This document shows positions 24,565 through 35,146 of a stretch of 64,000 nucleotides of DNA, in pieces. A program made the position numbers and the translations under genes. A model generated the notes under the pieces. It was not told the origin of the DNA, ran no database searches, and worked only from the letters and a program-made list of their open reading frames with translations. Each line of letters starts with the position of its first letter. Position 1 is the first letter of the stretch. Source of the DNA: Paraphysomonas bandaiensis (lineage: Eukaryota > Protista > Chrysophyceae); contig CBFFRP010000075.1 of NCBI GenBank assembly GCA_965644295.1, forward strand, positions 125,324 through 189,323, given 5' to 3'.

Positions 24565-25077
24565 CTATGATGATGACGAACTACTGCGCTTGCGTTTTTT
24601 CGATGATTTATATTTTTTGCTGTGCTTCTTGTCCTTAGATTTCTTCGAATCCTTGCGGTGTTTTGATTTCTTCGTTTTCTTAGATTTCTTCTTGTGGTCT
24701 ATACTTGAATCGGACGAACTTTCGGTGTCATTACCCTCGTCATCACTTACCATTAAAGATAAAACAGTGCTATGTAATCCGGTATTGCGGGCTAAGTGCT
24801 CTTCTTCCTGGCTAAGTTTGCGCTTTTTCTTCTTAACTGCTTTTTCCCTCTCAGCCTCCATTACCTCCCTATAACTTCCAACTTCTTCTTTGCTAGTACC
24901 ACGAGCCTCATTCTCTAATCGCTCGATCTGTGCCTTTATTAATTCATTGTATGATTTCTTGAGTGTGTCCTTCTGAGACTCTTTCAACTGAGATTGGATT
25001 GATCTCGCTCTTTCTCCGTGATCTTGCAAGGGATGCCTACGACACATCCCTTGAAGGCAACTGTTACAATGCGACAT
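24565..25077 (-). CDS. Small Lys/Ser-rich protein with N-terminal CxxC...CxxH motif and coiled coil
   Basis: MSHCNSCLQGMCRRH, a charged helical middle, and a KKKSKK.../poly-Ser tail; single ORF. Confidence 0.7.
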   Translation of the reverse strand: MSHCNSCLQGMCRRHPLQDHGERARSIQSQLKESQKDTLKKSYNELIKAQIERLENEARGTSKEEVGSYREVMEAEREKAVKKKKRKLSQEEEHLARNTGLHSTVLSLMVSDDEGNDTESSSDSSIDHKKKSKKTKKSKHRKDSKKSKDKKHSKKYKSSKKRKRSSSSSS

Positions 25078-25626
25078 CGCGAAACGAAAGACGAATAAAC
25101 GAGTAGTGGCAAGAAATGCTTCACATTTAAAAAGCAGATGCGGAGGTGTGTGCAGCAGCTGAGCGAGGTCAGAGTACAGATGAAATACACAATATACACC
25201 TGTATTCCATACGTACTGCACTATGCGGATTGTACTGTAGGTGTAAATGACTGAGGGTATGTACGTATACGTATATATATATACCTATATACATGTATGT
25301 ATGTATGTACAGGGGGTGTTTTTTTTTTCGTTTTTTCAGTGAAAAGTGAAAAAAAGTTACTTTTCGGTATGGTGCGCTTTTGTATTTGTATGTGCCGAGG
25401 ACTGGAGGGTGTTGTCAGGGTACGGTACGGTGTTATGGAGTATGTGTACGCATACGTGCGACCAGTTGGTGGAGGGGATGTGGGCGTGGGGGTACCCATA
25501 CTTCCCGTGTATGTAGTGCTGTATACTGTAGGTAGATGCAGTGTAGATGGAAGTCAAGTAACCCCCTCATCTGCTTCTTCCGAAGAACTTAAATATCTCT
25601 GAGTGATCATTTGAACCTTATAGGAG

Positions 25627-27513
25627 ATGGATGCGGATATATCTTCACCCTCAGAGAGTGAGCGTGCTTATAAGCTCGAGAGACGATCAACCTCAGCTCA
25701 TATATACGATAAGATCACAGAGGTCGCTAATGTCATAACTAAGAGCGAGGATCTATACCCCTGGGCGAATGTTCTTCTTATCGCTGTAGCGATAGGCGTC
25801 ATAGAGTATCTGCCTGCAGCTGCTCTCGCATGGACAGTTCCTCTTCGATTCCGTTTATTGGATTGGATGGTATCTAACTTCGGGCTCGTTGTTATGATAT
25901 TGACGAATATAGCCCTGTCAATGGCATGTGTGTGTGGAGCCGTCCTCTTAACCCTCTTGGTCGCCCCATCTACAGCTGGCTCTGGAGTTCCACAGCTCGG
26001 AGCTTACTTGTGTAATGGGGAAATGGTTTCTGACGATTTCCTATCTATTAAAGCTGTGGCTGTGAAAATGATTGGTGTGGTGATGGCTATATCGGGTGGT
26101 CTTGCAATTGGAAGAGAAGGGCCAGCTATTCATATTGGTGCTGCTATTGGAGACCTGACCAATCGGCTCGTCAATAAAACTATTCGGGTCACAACGGGGT
26201 ACAAGATTCCCTTCGATGGGTTTGTTAAGAGCAATGTTGTAATGATGGGGGCTGCTTCAGGGTTCGCTTCGGCCTTCCGTGCGCCTATTGGTGGCATGCT
26301 ATACTGCTTGGAAGAGATTGCTACTCACTGGGATATTAGAGCACATATGACCGTGGGTGCACAGATGTTCGTGGCAGTAGCGGTCTCGGCATTCATAACC
26401 GACACCATTGTTCGATCCACACGTGGCTCCGGTGGATTTTCTTTTTCTTCCATCATTATATTCGACGGAGATGAGAACGAGCTGTATGATGGCGTCATAT
26501 ATACGTATACTGATATCGTTGGTTTCCTCCTGACAGCCATTGTGTGTGGGGTCGTGGGTGGGTTGTACACAAAAGCCTCCATATGGATGCATCGATTTCG
26601 ACAGCGTACCCCATGGTTGAAGCCCTGGTATGCGAAAGTGGTGGACGCCGCAATTGTTGCTGCAATAACTGCTGCTGTGTTTTCCTCCGAGTCCCTGCTA
26701 TATACACACTGCAAGCATGTTCCTGAATCCGATGATGACGGACACCACCGAATGCTCTCTGCGGGGGGCGGAGAGCGGAAGTATGTACAGTACAGCTGCG
26801 GAGAGAGCTCGTATTCAGAGCTTGCCTCCCTTTCTCTCACAGGGGAAGAGGGGGTCATTCGCCACCTGCTATCCAGAGACTCGGTGGAGTTCCAGCTGAT
26901 TCCACTACTCATTTTCCTTGTGACATATACTCCCCTTACTGTTCTGGTCCGCGGCCTGCCTATCCCATGCGGGTCATTCGTTCCGAACCTCCTCTTGGGA
27001 AGCCTTATTGGCCGAATCATCGGTGAGTTCGCAGAGTTCACCTTTCCCAATTCGCAGATATCAGAGCCTGGTGTATATGCTCTCGTTGGAGCGGCTGCAC
27101 AGTTGGGTGCTTGGACGCGTACTATGATGGCAGTTGTAGTGACATTGGTAGAGATTACAGGGGATATTGGGCTCGCTGGTCCGCTAATATGCTGTGTTGT
27201 TTTATCTCGTGGAATTGCCACGCAGATTTCACACCATAGTTTCACACATGTGCTCTTCTACGATATCGTTGACAGACCAGGATCGCCTGAGACGCCAATG
27301 TTACATCCTAATGATTGGGAGCCCCCAGGACCGAAATCTCGCCGTTTGCGTCGAACTTCTGACCACGGACCCGTTTCTGTAGAGTCAGATGATGCTATGT
27401 ATGGTGAGAGTGCCAGTTCTGATACCGATTCCTACTACAAGACTCAGCCACCTGTTGCGGCTGTGTCGACGGAGGACATTACTGTTGATTGCGAACATGA
27501 AGCGAGGGTATAA
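25627..27513 (+). CDS. CLC-family chloride channel/transporter (no CBS domains)
   Basis: GSGVP, GREGP, FRAPIGG..LEE and GSFVP signature motifs; many transmembrane segments; intronless 628-aa ORF. Confidence 0.93.
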   Translation: MDADISSPSESERAYKLERRSTSAHIYDKITEVANVITKSEDLYPWANVLLIAVAIGVIEYLPAAALAWTVPLRFRLLDWMVSNFGLVVMILTNIALSMACVCGAVLLTLLVAPSTAGSGVPQLGAYLCNGEMVSDDFLSIKAVAVKMIGVVMAISGGLAIGREGPAIHIGAAIGDLTNRLVNKTIRVTTGYKIPFDGFVKSNVVMMGAASGFASAFRAPIGGMLYCLEEIATHWDIRAHMTVGAQMFVAVAVSAFITDTIVRSTRGSGGFSFSSIIIFDGDENELYDGVIYTYTDIVGFLLTAIVCGVVGGLYTKASIWMHRFRQRTPWLKPWYAKVVDAAIVAAITAAVFSSESLLYTHCKHVPESDDDGHHRMLSAGGGERKYVQYSCGESSYSELASLSLTGEEGVIRHLLSRDSVEFQLIPLLIFLVTYTPLTVLVRGLPIPCGSFVPNLLLGSLIGRIIGEFAEFTFPNSQISEPGVYALVGAAAQLGAWTRTMMAVVVTLVEITGDIGLAGPLICCVVLSRGIATQISHHSFTHVLFYDIVDRPGSPETPMLHPNDWEPPGPKSRRLRRTSDHGPVSVESDDAMYGESASSDTDSYYKTQPPVAAVSTEDITVDCEHEARV

Positions 27514-28363
27514 TCAAGTTGCGCGTGAAATAAGGTTTATGTTTTCATTTTGAATTATAAGTATTTGTCTTTTCTGTGGACCAGTGATCGATATCATGAC
27601 GGCGAATTAAGAGATCCTTCTCTGTCGACAATTGATCTCAACGCGTCCTGAACTTCTTGCAGACCTTTATTATAGATGTGTATTTATCTCTTGTATGAAC
27701 TTCTACTATGGATTGGGGATTACAGAACCTTTTCATTTTGCGTTTTTATGAAAACTTGTACCACTGGCGTACTATGGCCATTTGGCTAATGTGGTCTATC
27801 CCTTGCATTTGCATAATTTTAAAATACCAAAAAATCAAGTAGCTAAGTCTGCGTTATTATTGTATTGTCATAACTACTAATGATGTCTGTCAACTTAAAA
27901 ATATTTTTGTGGCTCAAGTAAGTTTTTATTATTACATTTGAAATCTACAGGTAGGTATTTAAAGCACGTCTAGAAAAAAACTCAATGGCCTTCAAAACTC
28001 AAAACAGTAGCAGTTGAATAGTAGAATATATCTATTTTCTATACAAAATAGCCCACCATAATTAACAGCATCAAAAGGACATGTATAAAATCTTCCCTTC
28101 TTTATTTTCTTTCCATTTCGTGAATTTTAAGTCATAATACGAACATCCAGCCATATTATAATGTTGCCGACACAAAGGTAACAATATAAGAAGCTCTAAA
28201 TTCAGATATGCTGTCTCTTCCACATTGTCGCTTGAGTAAACTGAACAATATTATATATCGCTTTGTATTAGCCTTTCTTTCGGGATCACAATTAGAAAGC
28301 ATATCTTTTTCTCGCGAATACTGGTCAAATCTATCTTGAGAGCTTCTCCATGGCTGACTGAAC

Positions 28364-28792
28364 CCTCAACAAAGTCGGACTCGCACCTTTTCGTGATGTT
28401 ATGGGGGATAAGTACCGGAGAGATTTTCTCTGGGAAACTAACGTGAGTCGCAAACATAGTCAGCAGATATTCTTCTGCCCACTCATAGCCGAATCCTTGT
28501 GTGGTACAAGAGGGACACCAATAAGTGTCACTTGTGTAGACGGCTTTGGGCCCTGACGAATAAACAGGCAAGCATCCGGGATGTTCACCTTAAGAACTCA
28601 GAGCAGAAGTGGTCGCACCTTGGTGCTTGCGGTGACGCACAAGCAGTTTCCGTAGCGTTAAATAGTAGGATAAAAAAAGTGAGTACTGATTAGTTACAGG
28701 TAGAGGTCTAACTAGTTTGTCTAGCATTCATCTACTAGCTACTAAGTTGGTGCAGGTTATTAACGCCTATTGCTAAAGATAAGACTTTCAAT
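28364..28792 (+). mobile_element. Full-length ~430-bp SINE-like retroelement with LINE-shared 3' tail
   Basis: Flanked by a 14-bp direct repeat ATG(G/A)CTGACTGAAC (28350-28363 and 28793-28806). Body also found at 49525-49798 and 57700-57921 with the same 5' start. The 3' ~190 bp match the LINE 3' UTR at 1756-1945. Confidence 0.85.
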
Positions 28793-29971
28793 ATGACTGA
28801 CTGAACTACTTCAAAGATAACGCCAGTAGTGCTGGTGCCTTTTCGAGGCGGTGGTGCTGTGTACTTTATTTTCAACAATGTGATAATATATTGACTTTGC
28901 ACAGCTACTAGCGCCCTATCTTCTCAAGATAAAATGATTTCTCTTCTTTCTTTTAAACTTTACCTTATTAAGTTTCCTATATTCCAGTTTACCACACTAC
29001 TTCGGTGGTAACTTAATGGCAACCCACTCTCACCTACTAGAATTTTGTAGTCATCAAAAGCAAATACTACTAAATATTGATTTTTAAGAAGCGCAAACTT
29101 GTGCGTTGCTTCAACCAACTCTAAAAAATTTACGCGCCACTAATAAGCAAAACATCATGACTCTAATCTGTTGCAAACACCGACAAGTGCTACACTATAC
29201 AACACAATTTAGGTCGCTACATGGGTATACGACGAGTTGCGTGATTAAGCCGGATCATACGCTCCTGCTTAATCTACTTGACCTAACACAAACCACTTGC
29301 GGTCTATGTCTTTGGCATATGTCTCCAGTGTATATGTGGGCCCCTTCAAGATGGTGTTCACAGTAGCAGGTAGTCTTGAGGGAGCAGAGTAGCTCTAGTG
29401 CCTACTCCTCACCAGTGCAATTTCTATAATAATGTGTTGTACACAACCGTTCTCATGTAATAATCAGATATTCTTATGATACTGTGTTGTAGGTTGTAGG
29501 GATTAGAGATGGCGTTATCTTTGAACTGAGTCTTCTAAATCAAGTTACTATGCTGTTCTGAACGACTCTCTGAAGAAAGATGTATAAAGACTAAACGGGT
29601 TGTATATTGCAGAAAAATAAACTATTTTACCCTTTTTTATGAATATAAAACACTGTACACTGGTGTCCTACTTTTTCAATTTGTATTCTGGACAATCAAA
29701 CAACTAGAACAACTTAGAATCATTTACCTGTTACCTACTTACTACGACGTCCCTATTTGCAAGAAAATAGCAATGGCAGATGATACTAAACTTAACAGTT
29801 AATTATACTGAAGATATAAGGTAGAAAGAATTTACGATGTTCAACTGCTATTAGTTCGAACTCTATGACACTTCCACAACAAAATGACGCATATATATTA
29901 TATATACACGTATGAGCAAACCGTACATAAAAATCTAGCAAAAATCGAACACACAAATAAGTCGAGACATA

Positions 29972-32020
29972 TTACGATTTTCCAGTGCAAAAACAAGATA
30001 TTTTACTTCTCAGAAGATTGCGTGTACACCCGGACTTGGTGGCCATTTGGTCTTCCAGAAGAGACATATATTTTGCAATAGAGAAGTCATTGTCTCGTGA
30101 TTGACATGACGAATTAACAGTAGATTCAATGAGGCTTAATACATACGCAATCGGCCAAGTAGAATACTCGACATTATGAATACAATTTCTGACTACTTCC
30201 ATAATCGCAGTTTGCAGCAAAGCAGCTGCAGATGGGCAAGTACTGATAAGAAAACTCATCCAATATTTTCCAGCGATGCCATATGGAATGACTCCAGCAC
30301 AAAGAAGGTACTGTTGAATAGCATTGAAAATGCTGTCTTCAGTTTCAGCTTTTGATACTTGCAAAGGGTATGGTTGACTCATGGTGTTACTAGCCCCCAC
30401 GAGCTTACACAATAGACTCATACCCTTATCTGTCATTAAATCTGAAGCCTTAATGCCAGTGCAGGCGAGCGACCCTTGTCCCTGTTTCGCCAGGTACACT
30501 AAACGACAAGATTCAATATGAATCAGATTTGGTCGGATGGAATTTTCCCACGTAGAGATTTGAGTGATAGACGTGCTTATAATTCGCTGCGGTGATATTA
30601 CTGCCCACGACGTGTACATGTCCCAAAAACAGACTGTAGCAGATGTGTGCTGACCTATCGGGAAACTTGTATGTACCTGAATCCCATCGGGTTCACAACA
30701 GGCAGTCAGCGTATTTAACAGTGCCGAGTCGGCCGACGCTTCTGAACAGGCAGCACGGAACACACCCGTTGCAGCGCCAATACTCGAAAGGGAACTCAGT
30801 CTCTCACGACATTCGGAAAGGTGATTACAAATACTACTCCAGTCAATAGAAGCAAGCTTACATGTGCAGAAGCCAGCTGATGAAAAACTAGGCTGCCGAG
30901 AGTAGTCTCGAAACAATTGTAGTTCGCTCTACAGTATTAGACGTAAGCCAGAGAAGCATTAAAAAACGCAAAAATCACCAATGTGGTCTCCGGGTTAAGG
31001 AGGCCAGCACAGTCATGCGATCGGCACTGAGCATCAAACTTACGACTGAGGCCAGTAAGAATACTATCAACAAAAGTATCACCGCTCAAATTAGGCCCAC
31101 ATATATTCGAGTCTGATCCCGATGGTTGTACTTGGACAGCTGATAGAAGAGTTCTTGCGGGAACTACTGAGAGACTATCAAATGCGACGCAAAACTCCAC
31201 CGAAGGAGCTAAAAATCCATCAAGCTCTTTACCTCCGGTCGCTATTTGCCGGTAGACTTCGTCTAGTGCAGGGTTTAAAGCATCGTCGGCTACTACAAAT
31301 ATGTGAGATCGACAGCCTTTCATATTATCAGTTTTCTGCACAGAATACACATCTAAAACAGCGGCCCCTATTTCAGACATCTTTTCTATCCAGTATCCGC
31401 GCATTTCAATGTCTAACTCATCTTTAAGGCGAGACTTCAGAGCGCATAGAGCTTCTCCTCTGATACAAAGGGAGCAGCGTGCAAGTTACACAACCTCACA
31501 CCACATTTTTCACACACCTGGATACACACTTCAAAAGTCGGGTATATTGAGTATCGAGTCCGGATGCTGCGTTCTCGATCTCTGTACGAACATTGCCCTC
31601 ACAAAAAGTCTGTGCACAAAAAGTGAGATATTGGACAAAATGGTCCACAAGTCATACCACGACATCCAACCCTACACCCAGTGATCTCGCCAGCCACATA
31701 GCCATCGATAGCGAGGCATTCCCCGCCATACGCAGACATGCAAGTGGAAGATACACAACACGACAGTTATGTGACATTGGAGATGTAAATGATTCACTTG
31801 GAAGCTTGAAAACGTGAGCCCGACATGCAGCATCAGCAGGCCATGATTGCAGTGACAATGAGGGATGATGCAGATCAACACGGTCGTATGGCGGTGTCAC
31901 AGGACCGTCTGCGGTGCCATGTATGGAGTAATTAGTCGTGTTTGAAGGGTCGGTAGTGTGATGAGATGATGTGGAGGGTGTGTGTGGCGGGCTGATGCAC
32001 TGCCTCTGCATAACATACAC
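29972..32020 (-). CDS. Large multi-exon protein of unknown function; C-terminus weakly resembles the TBC1D32/BROMI TBC-like region
   Basis: Consecutive long minus-strand ORFs (122, 155, 314 aa) separated by intron-sized gaps. Family similarity rests only on remembered motifs (AGVIPY..YW..F; KYMSLLE). Confidence 0.5.
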
Positions 32021-32264
32021 ATGTCTATATCAGTGACACGTACACAGCACATCATACACACCTTCATAGGACGATCAGCACCTATACAGTCATCTGCTGA
32101 GGACGACAGCTGCTGCTGCGACAGTATGTTAGCAGAGAGCGTATGGCAGAGAGCATAATCAATCACAGTCTATTCCATCTGCACCAGCAGCATACGCATA
32201 TATGCACACACAGTCATGGTCTGCACCACACACAGCACCAGCCCACACACTGCACTGTATTCTT

Positions 32265-32618
32265 CTAAGTGTATGTCGCATAGCATATACGGCATAGCAT
32301 AGCCCTCATAGCACTGTGTACACACAATATAGAGCACAGTCCCTTGCATAGCACCAGTACCGGTGTCTCAGGGCCCGGAGTACCCCCCTCCCTCTCCCCC
32401 GGACAGGACTCATCTCCCCCCCCGATAGTCTTCAGCTCCACCTGTCTCAACGCACTCAGCATACTGCTATTCACTGACGGCTCGAACTCAGACTTCGCCC
32501 CACACACCAACCGGAGGTTCCCATCATCGTCTCGGAATACTCTGCAGCCTTCCACATCGAAGTTGAGGTTGCTCTGTTCGTATACACTCTCCGCGAACGA
32601 TAAATACTTCTCGCACAT
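32265..32618 (-). CDS. Coding-like exon (5' part of the 29972-32020 gene, or a separate small gene)
   Basis: MCEKYLSFAESVYEQSNLNFDVEGCRVFRDDDGNLRLVCG...; GC-richer, coding-like composition. Connection to downstream exons not resolved. Confidence 0.4.
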   Translation of the reverse strand: MCEKYLSFAESVYEQSNLNFDVEGCRVFRDDDGNLRLVCGAKSEFEPSVNSSMLSALRQVELKTIGGGDESCPGEREGGTPGPETPVLVLCKGLCSILCVHSAMRAMLCRICYATYT

Positions 32619-32995
32619 GGCTGATTGGCTCACTGCGACTTCTCTGCACTTCACTGATCCACTTCGATTCTTCACAGCTCAAACAGCGCACTGCCTTTTA
32701 CAACTCTTGTGCGCTCATGCCTGGACTCTGAATACGTACTGTATACTGGTATACAGAGTGTAATGTTGGGTGCGTACAGCATACAGCGGTGTCACGATGT
32801 GCTGCTGTAGTATGGACTGACATTCACCATGTAGCTAGCTATATAGACACCCTACCCCCCAATTATTAAGGAAGGTATTGCGGCGTCGATAAATGCATGT
32901 CGTGTATATTCATGTGTAGATATGTAGTAGTGAACTGATCAGTGCAGTAGTTATAGCGTATATCTCTGTTAGTTTGTTCGCATAAGTCCACTGCA

Positions 32996-34288
32996 ATGAG
33001 CCAGAAGCACTTAAACGTATCCTGTGTTCATATTGTCCTGTCAACATTGGTCTTCTATGCATTTGCAATGTATGGGGCAATGGGCGTTTCGTACACGATG
33101 AATAGAGTTAGTAGCGGGGGTTGCCCCTACACGGCTTCATGGTGAATGCTCTCCTTATCGTGTTAGTCTACTGATAGATATAAACTGATATACAGGCTCG
33201 TACACGTTGATCTCTTTCATCGCTTGAACTATGGTTTGCATTGGCAAAAAATGGAGGCCGCTAATTGGGACGTTATCACAACTGCGCATAATAACTTCCA
33301 GCTACGAAATGAGTCATTGTATTTCGTATTCCATATGAGCCGATTTGAACATTTCAATCGAAAGAAGTATGGTTATAGCCATTCAGAGACAGTTACAAGA
33401 GTGATGTCAGAAGCGGCGATGAAGGGCGAGTGTCTATCCTTGCCGAGTGATTATCATGCTTCCACATTAGCGATAATTCCTTTCTATGGTGGTCGGCCGC
33501 CAAATGTAACCGCGGATCTAAAAGTGAAATCTTTAGGTCAAGGGAACTCTCTGGTGCGCTTTACAAGTATTGTGCAATAGCCATTAACTCTGAGTACAGG
33601 TTAAAGCGGACATAAAGGCCATGCAAACTGTTGCTACAGTGTGCTCCCTACTGCGGCACTTCGGTAGTGTTGTAATCGGTGTCGTACGAGAAGAAGATTT
33701 TACTCTTCTTTCGGGCATGGTGAGGATGTGAATATTTATAAAATTAATTTTCTATCACTCAATGTGTGGATTCTGTAGGTCAAGGATATGGGTCCTGATA
33801 TCTCTAAGAGGGTTCATCTGAAAATGATCAATGGACTGAACAAACCTGCGAATCTTCCATTTGGGTTAATTATGTGGGCAAAGAAGCACGTACACCAAAT
33901 AAACTGCTTGTATCGTATGAAGTACAATATATCGTATACACCGAAGAGACTTGGAAGAAGATACAAAGAGAAGTCATGCGATGATGTAGACATAAAGCTT
34001 CTCAACTCACCGCGTGGGCGATTTGCTAACCCTAAGCCAGTCACTCATGTGTACTACACAGAATCTGATCAGCTTCTGAAGTTTTCTGATACAAATATTA
34101 GAAACGCGATACTAGATGCTCTTAATATCACAACGCATATAATAGGTCGCAGAATAGAAAAAAGGGTAGATAGTGATGCTGTGGATTATATGAGTGGCTT
34201 ATTCGCTACTAGAGCTGTATGTGGTGATTCCTCGAACACTTATGTGTTAAATTGGCCTGGTGATAATTTTGTTCATTTGCTCAATTAG
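32996..34288 (+). CDS. Paralog of 2700-4051; secreted or type II membrane protein, possible divergent GT-A glycosyltransferase
   Basis: MSQKHL plus hydrophobic segment; GGCPYTASW; IIPFYGGRPP; SLGQGNSLV; ATVCSLLRHFGSVVIGV; KPANLPF; HVYYTESDQ. Three GT-AG introns (~33142-33196, ~33554-33599, ~33720-33778). Confidence 0.8.
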
Positions 34289-35146
34289 TTTTCCTATTTT
34301 TTAACTGGTAACTTATATGGGTGTTCAGAGAGTAAAATATAATATTCGCGTCTTGCTTAATTATTGGATTAGTACATAGTACTTTGGATTAATATATATA
34401 CCTTTCTGCGAGACGGGGTACCGTGTATGGTTTGTCTCTTGAATTGCCACCGGTTTCCTAGCAAAAATTCTAAGTGTTCTTTATATACTTAGTCATACAT
34501 GGCTTAAATTTAAGCCAAGTCTTAATTGTTGACAATAGATAAACCACGAGTGATTCTAAGATCCACAGTGGACTACTTCAATGGAGTTTCTCTGTCGGTG
34601 TAATATAACGAGAAAATATGTCGATTTACCCACTTAGATTGAAGACTGTGTGTGAGGTGTGGCTTCTGCGTTGCATGTAAAATTCAATGGCAGTTTGATA
34701 GAGGCGTAAATATAAGGAAATCTTAGTTAACATTACTTTTGTTACAACTCTACGGATATGACATACCCCTATATGATTACATCAGGTAGAGTATGTAGTA
34801 TATGGCCTTGTTGATTGGGCGGGTTATATGTGCGTCATATGACCGACTGAGGTGTCCACGCTGGACGACCCCGGACCAGACCGTCCTATACTGCTGTATA
34901 CCACTGTATGTATGCCTGTAGTTGAACTGTTGTGTACCCGTGCGCTGTGCTGTGTCGTACCTCCGTACTATGCTCGTGTGTACATATGTACATCAGCGCA
35001 GTCTATGTTGACATGTTCTTCTGGTCATGTGCAGATACATACACCTCTACACGCACATATCATCACATCAACCATACTAACCACCCCACATGAGGCTCTA
35101 AAATCCATAGTCACCCTCTCCAGCATATGTCGTAGATCTGTATGAT

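Noticed and set aside
26325-27245. 306-aa antisense ORF within the CLC gene, and similar antisense ORFs in RPN2 and the TTLL gene
   Set aside because: Shadow ORFs opposite well-supported genes, with no motifs of their own.
28553-28590. CTGACGA hammerhead-like core in the SINE body
   Set aside because: No GAAA after a stem II, and the other copies read TTGACGA.
28364-28600. Identification of the SINE head as rRNA, RNase P/MRP, snoRNA or telomerase RNA
   Set aside because: Only short scattered word matches; no complete diagnostic motif set is visible.
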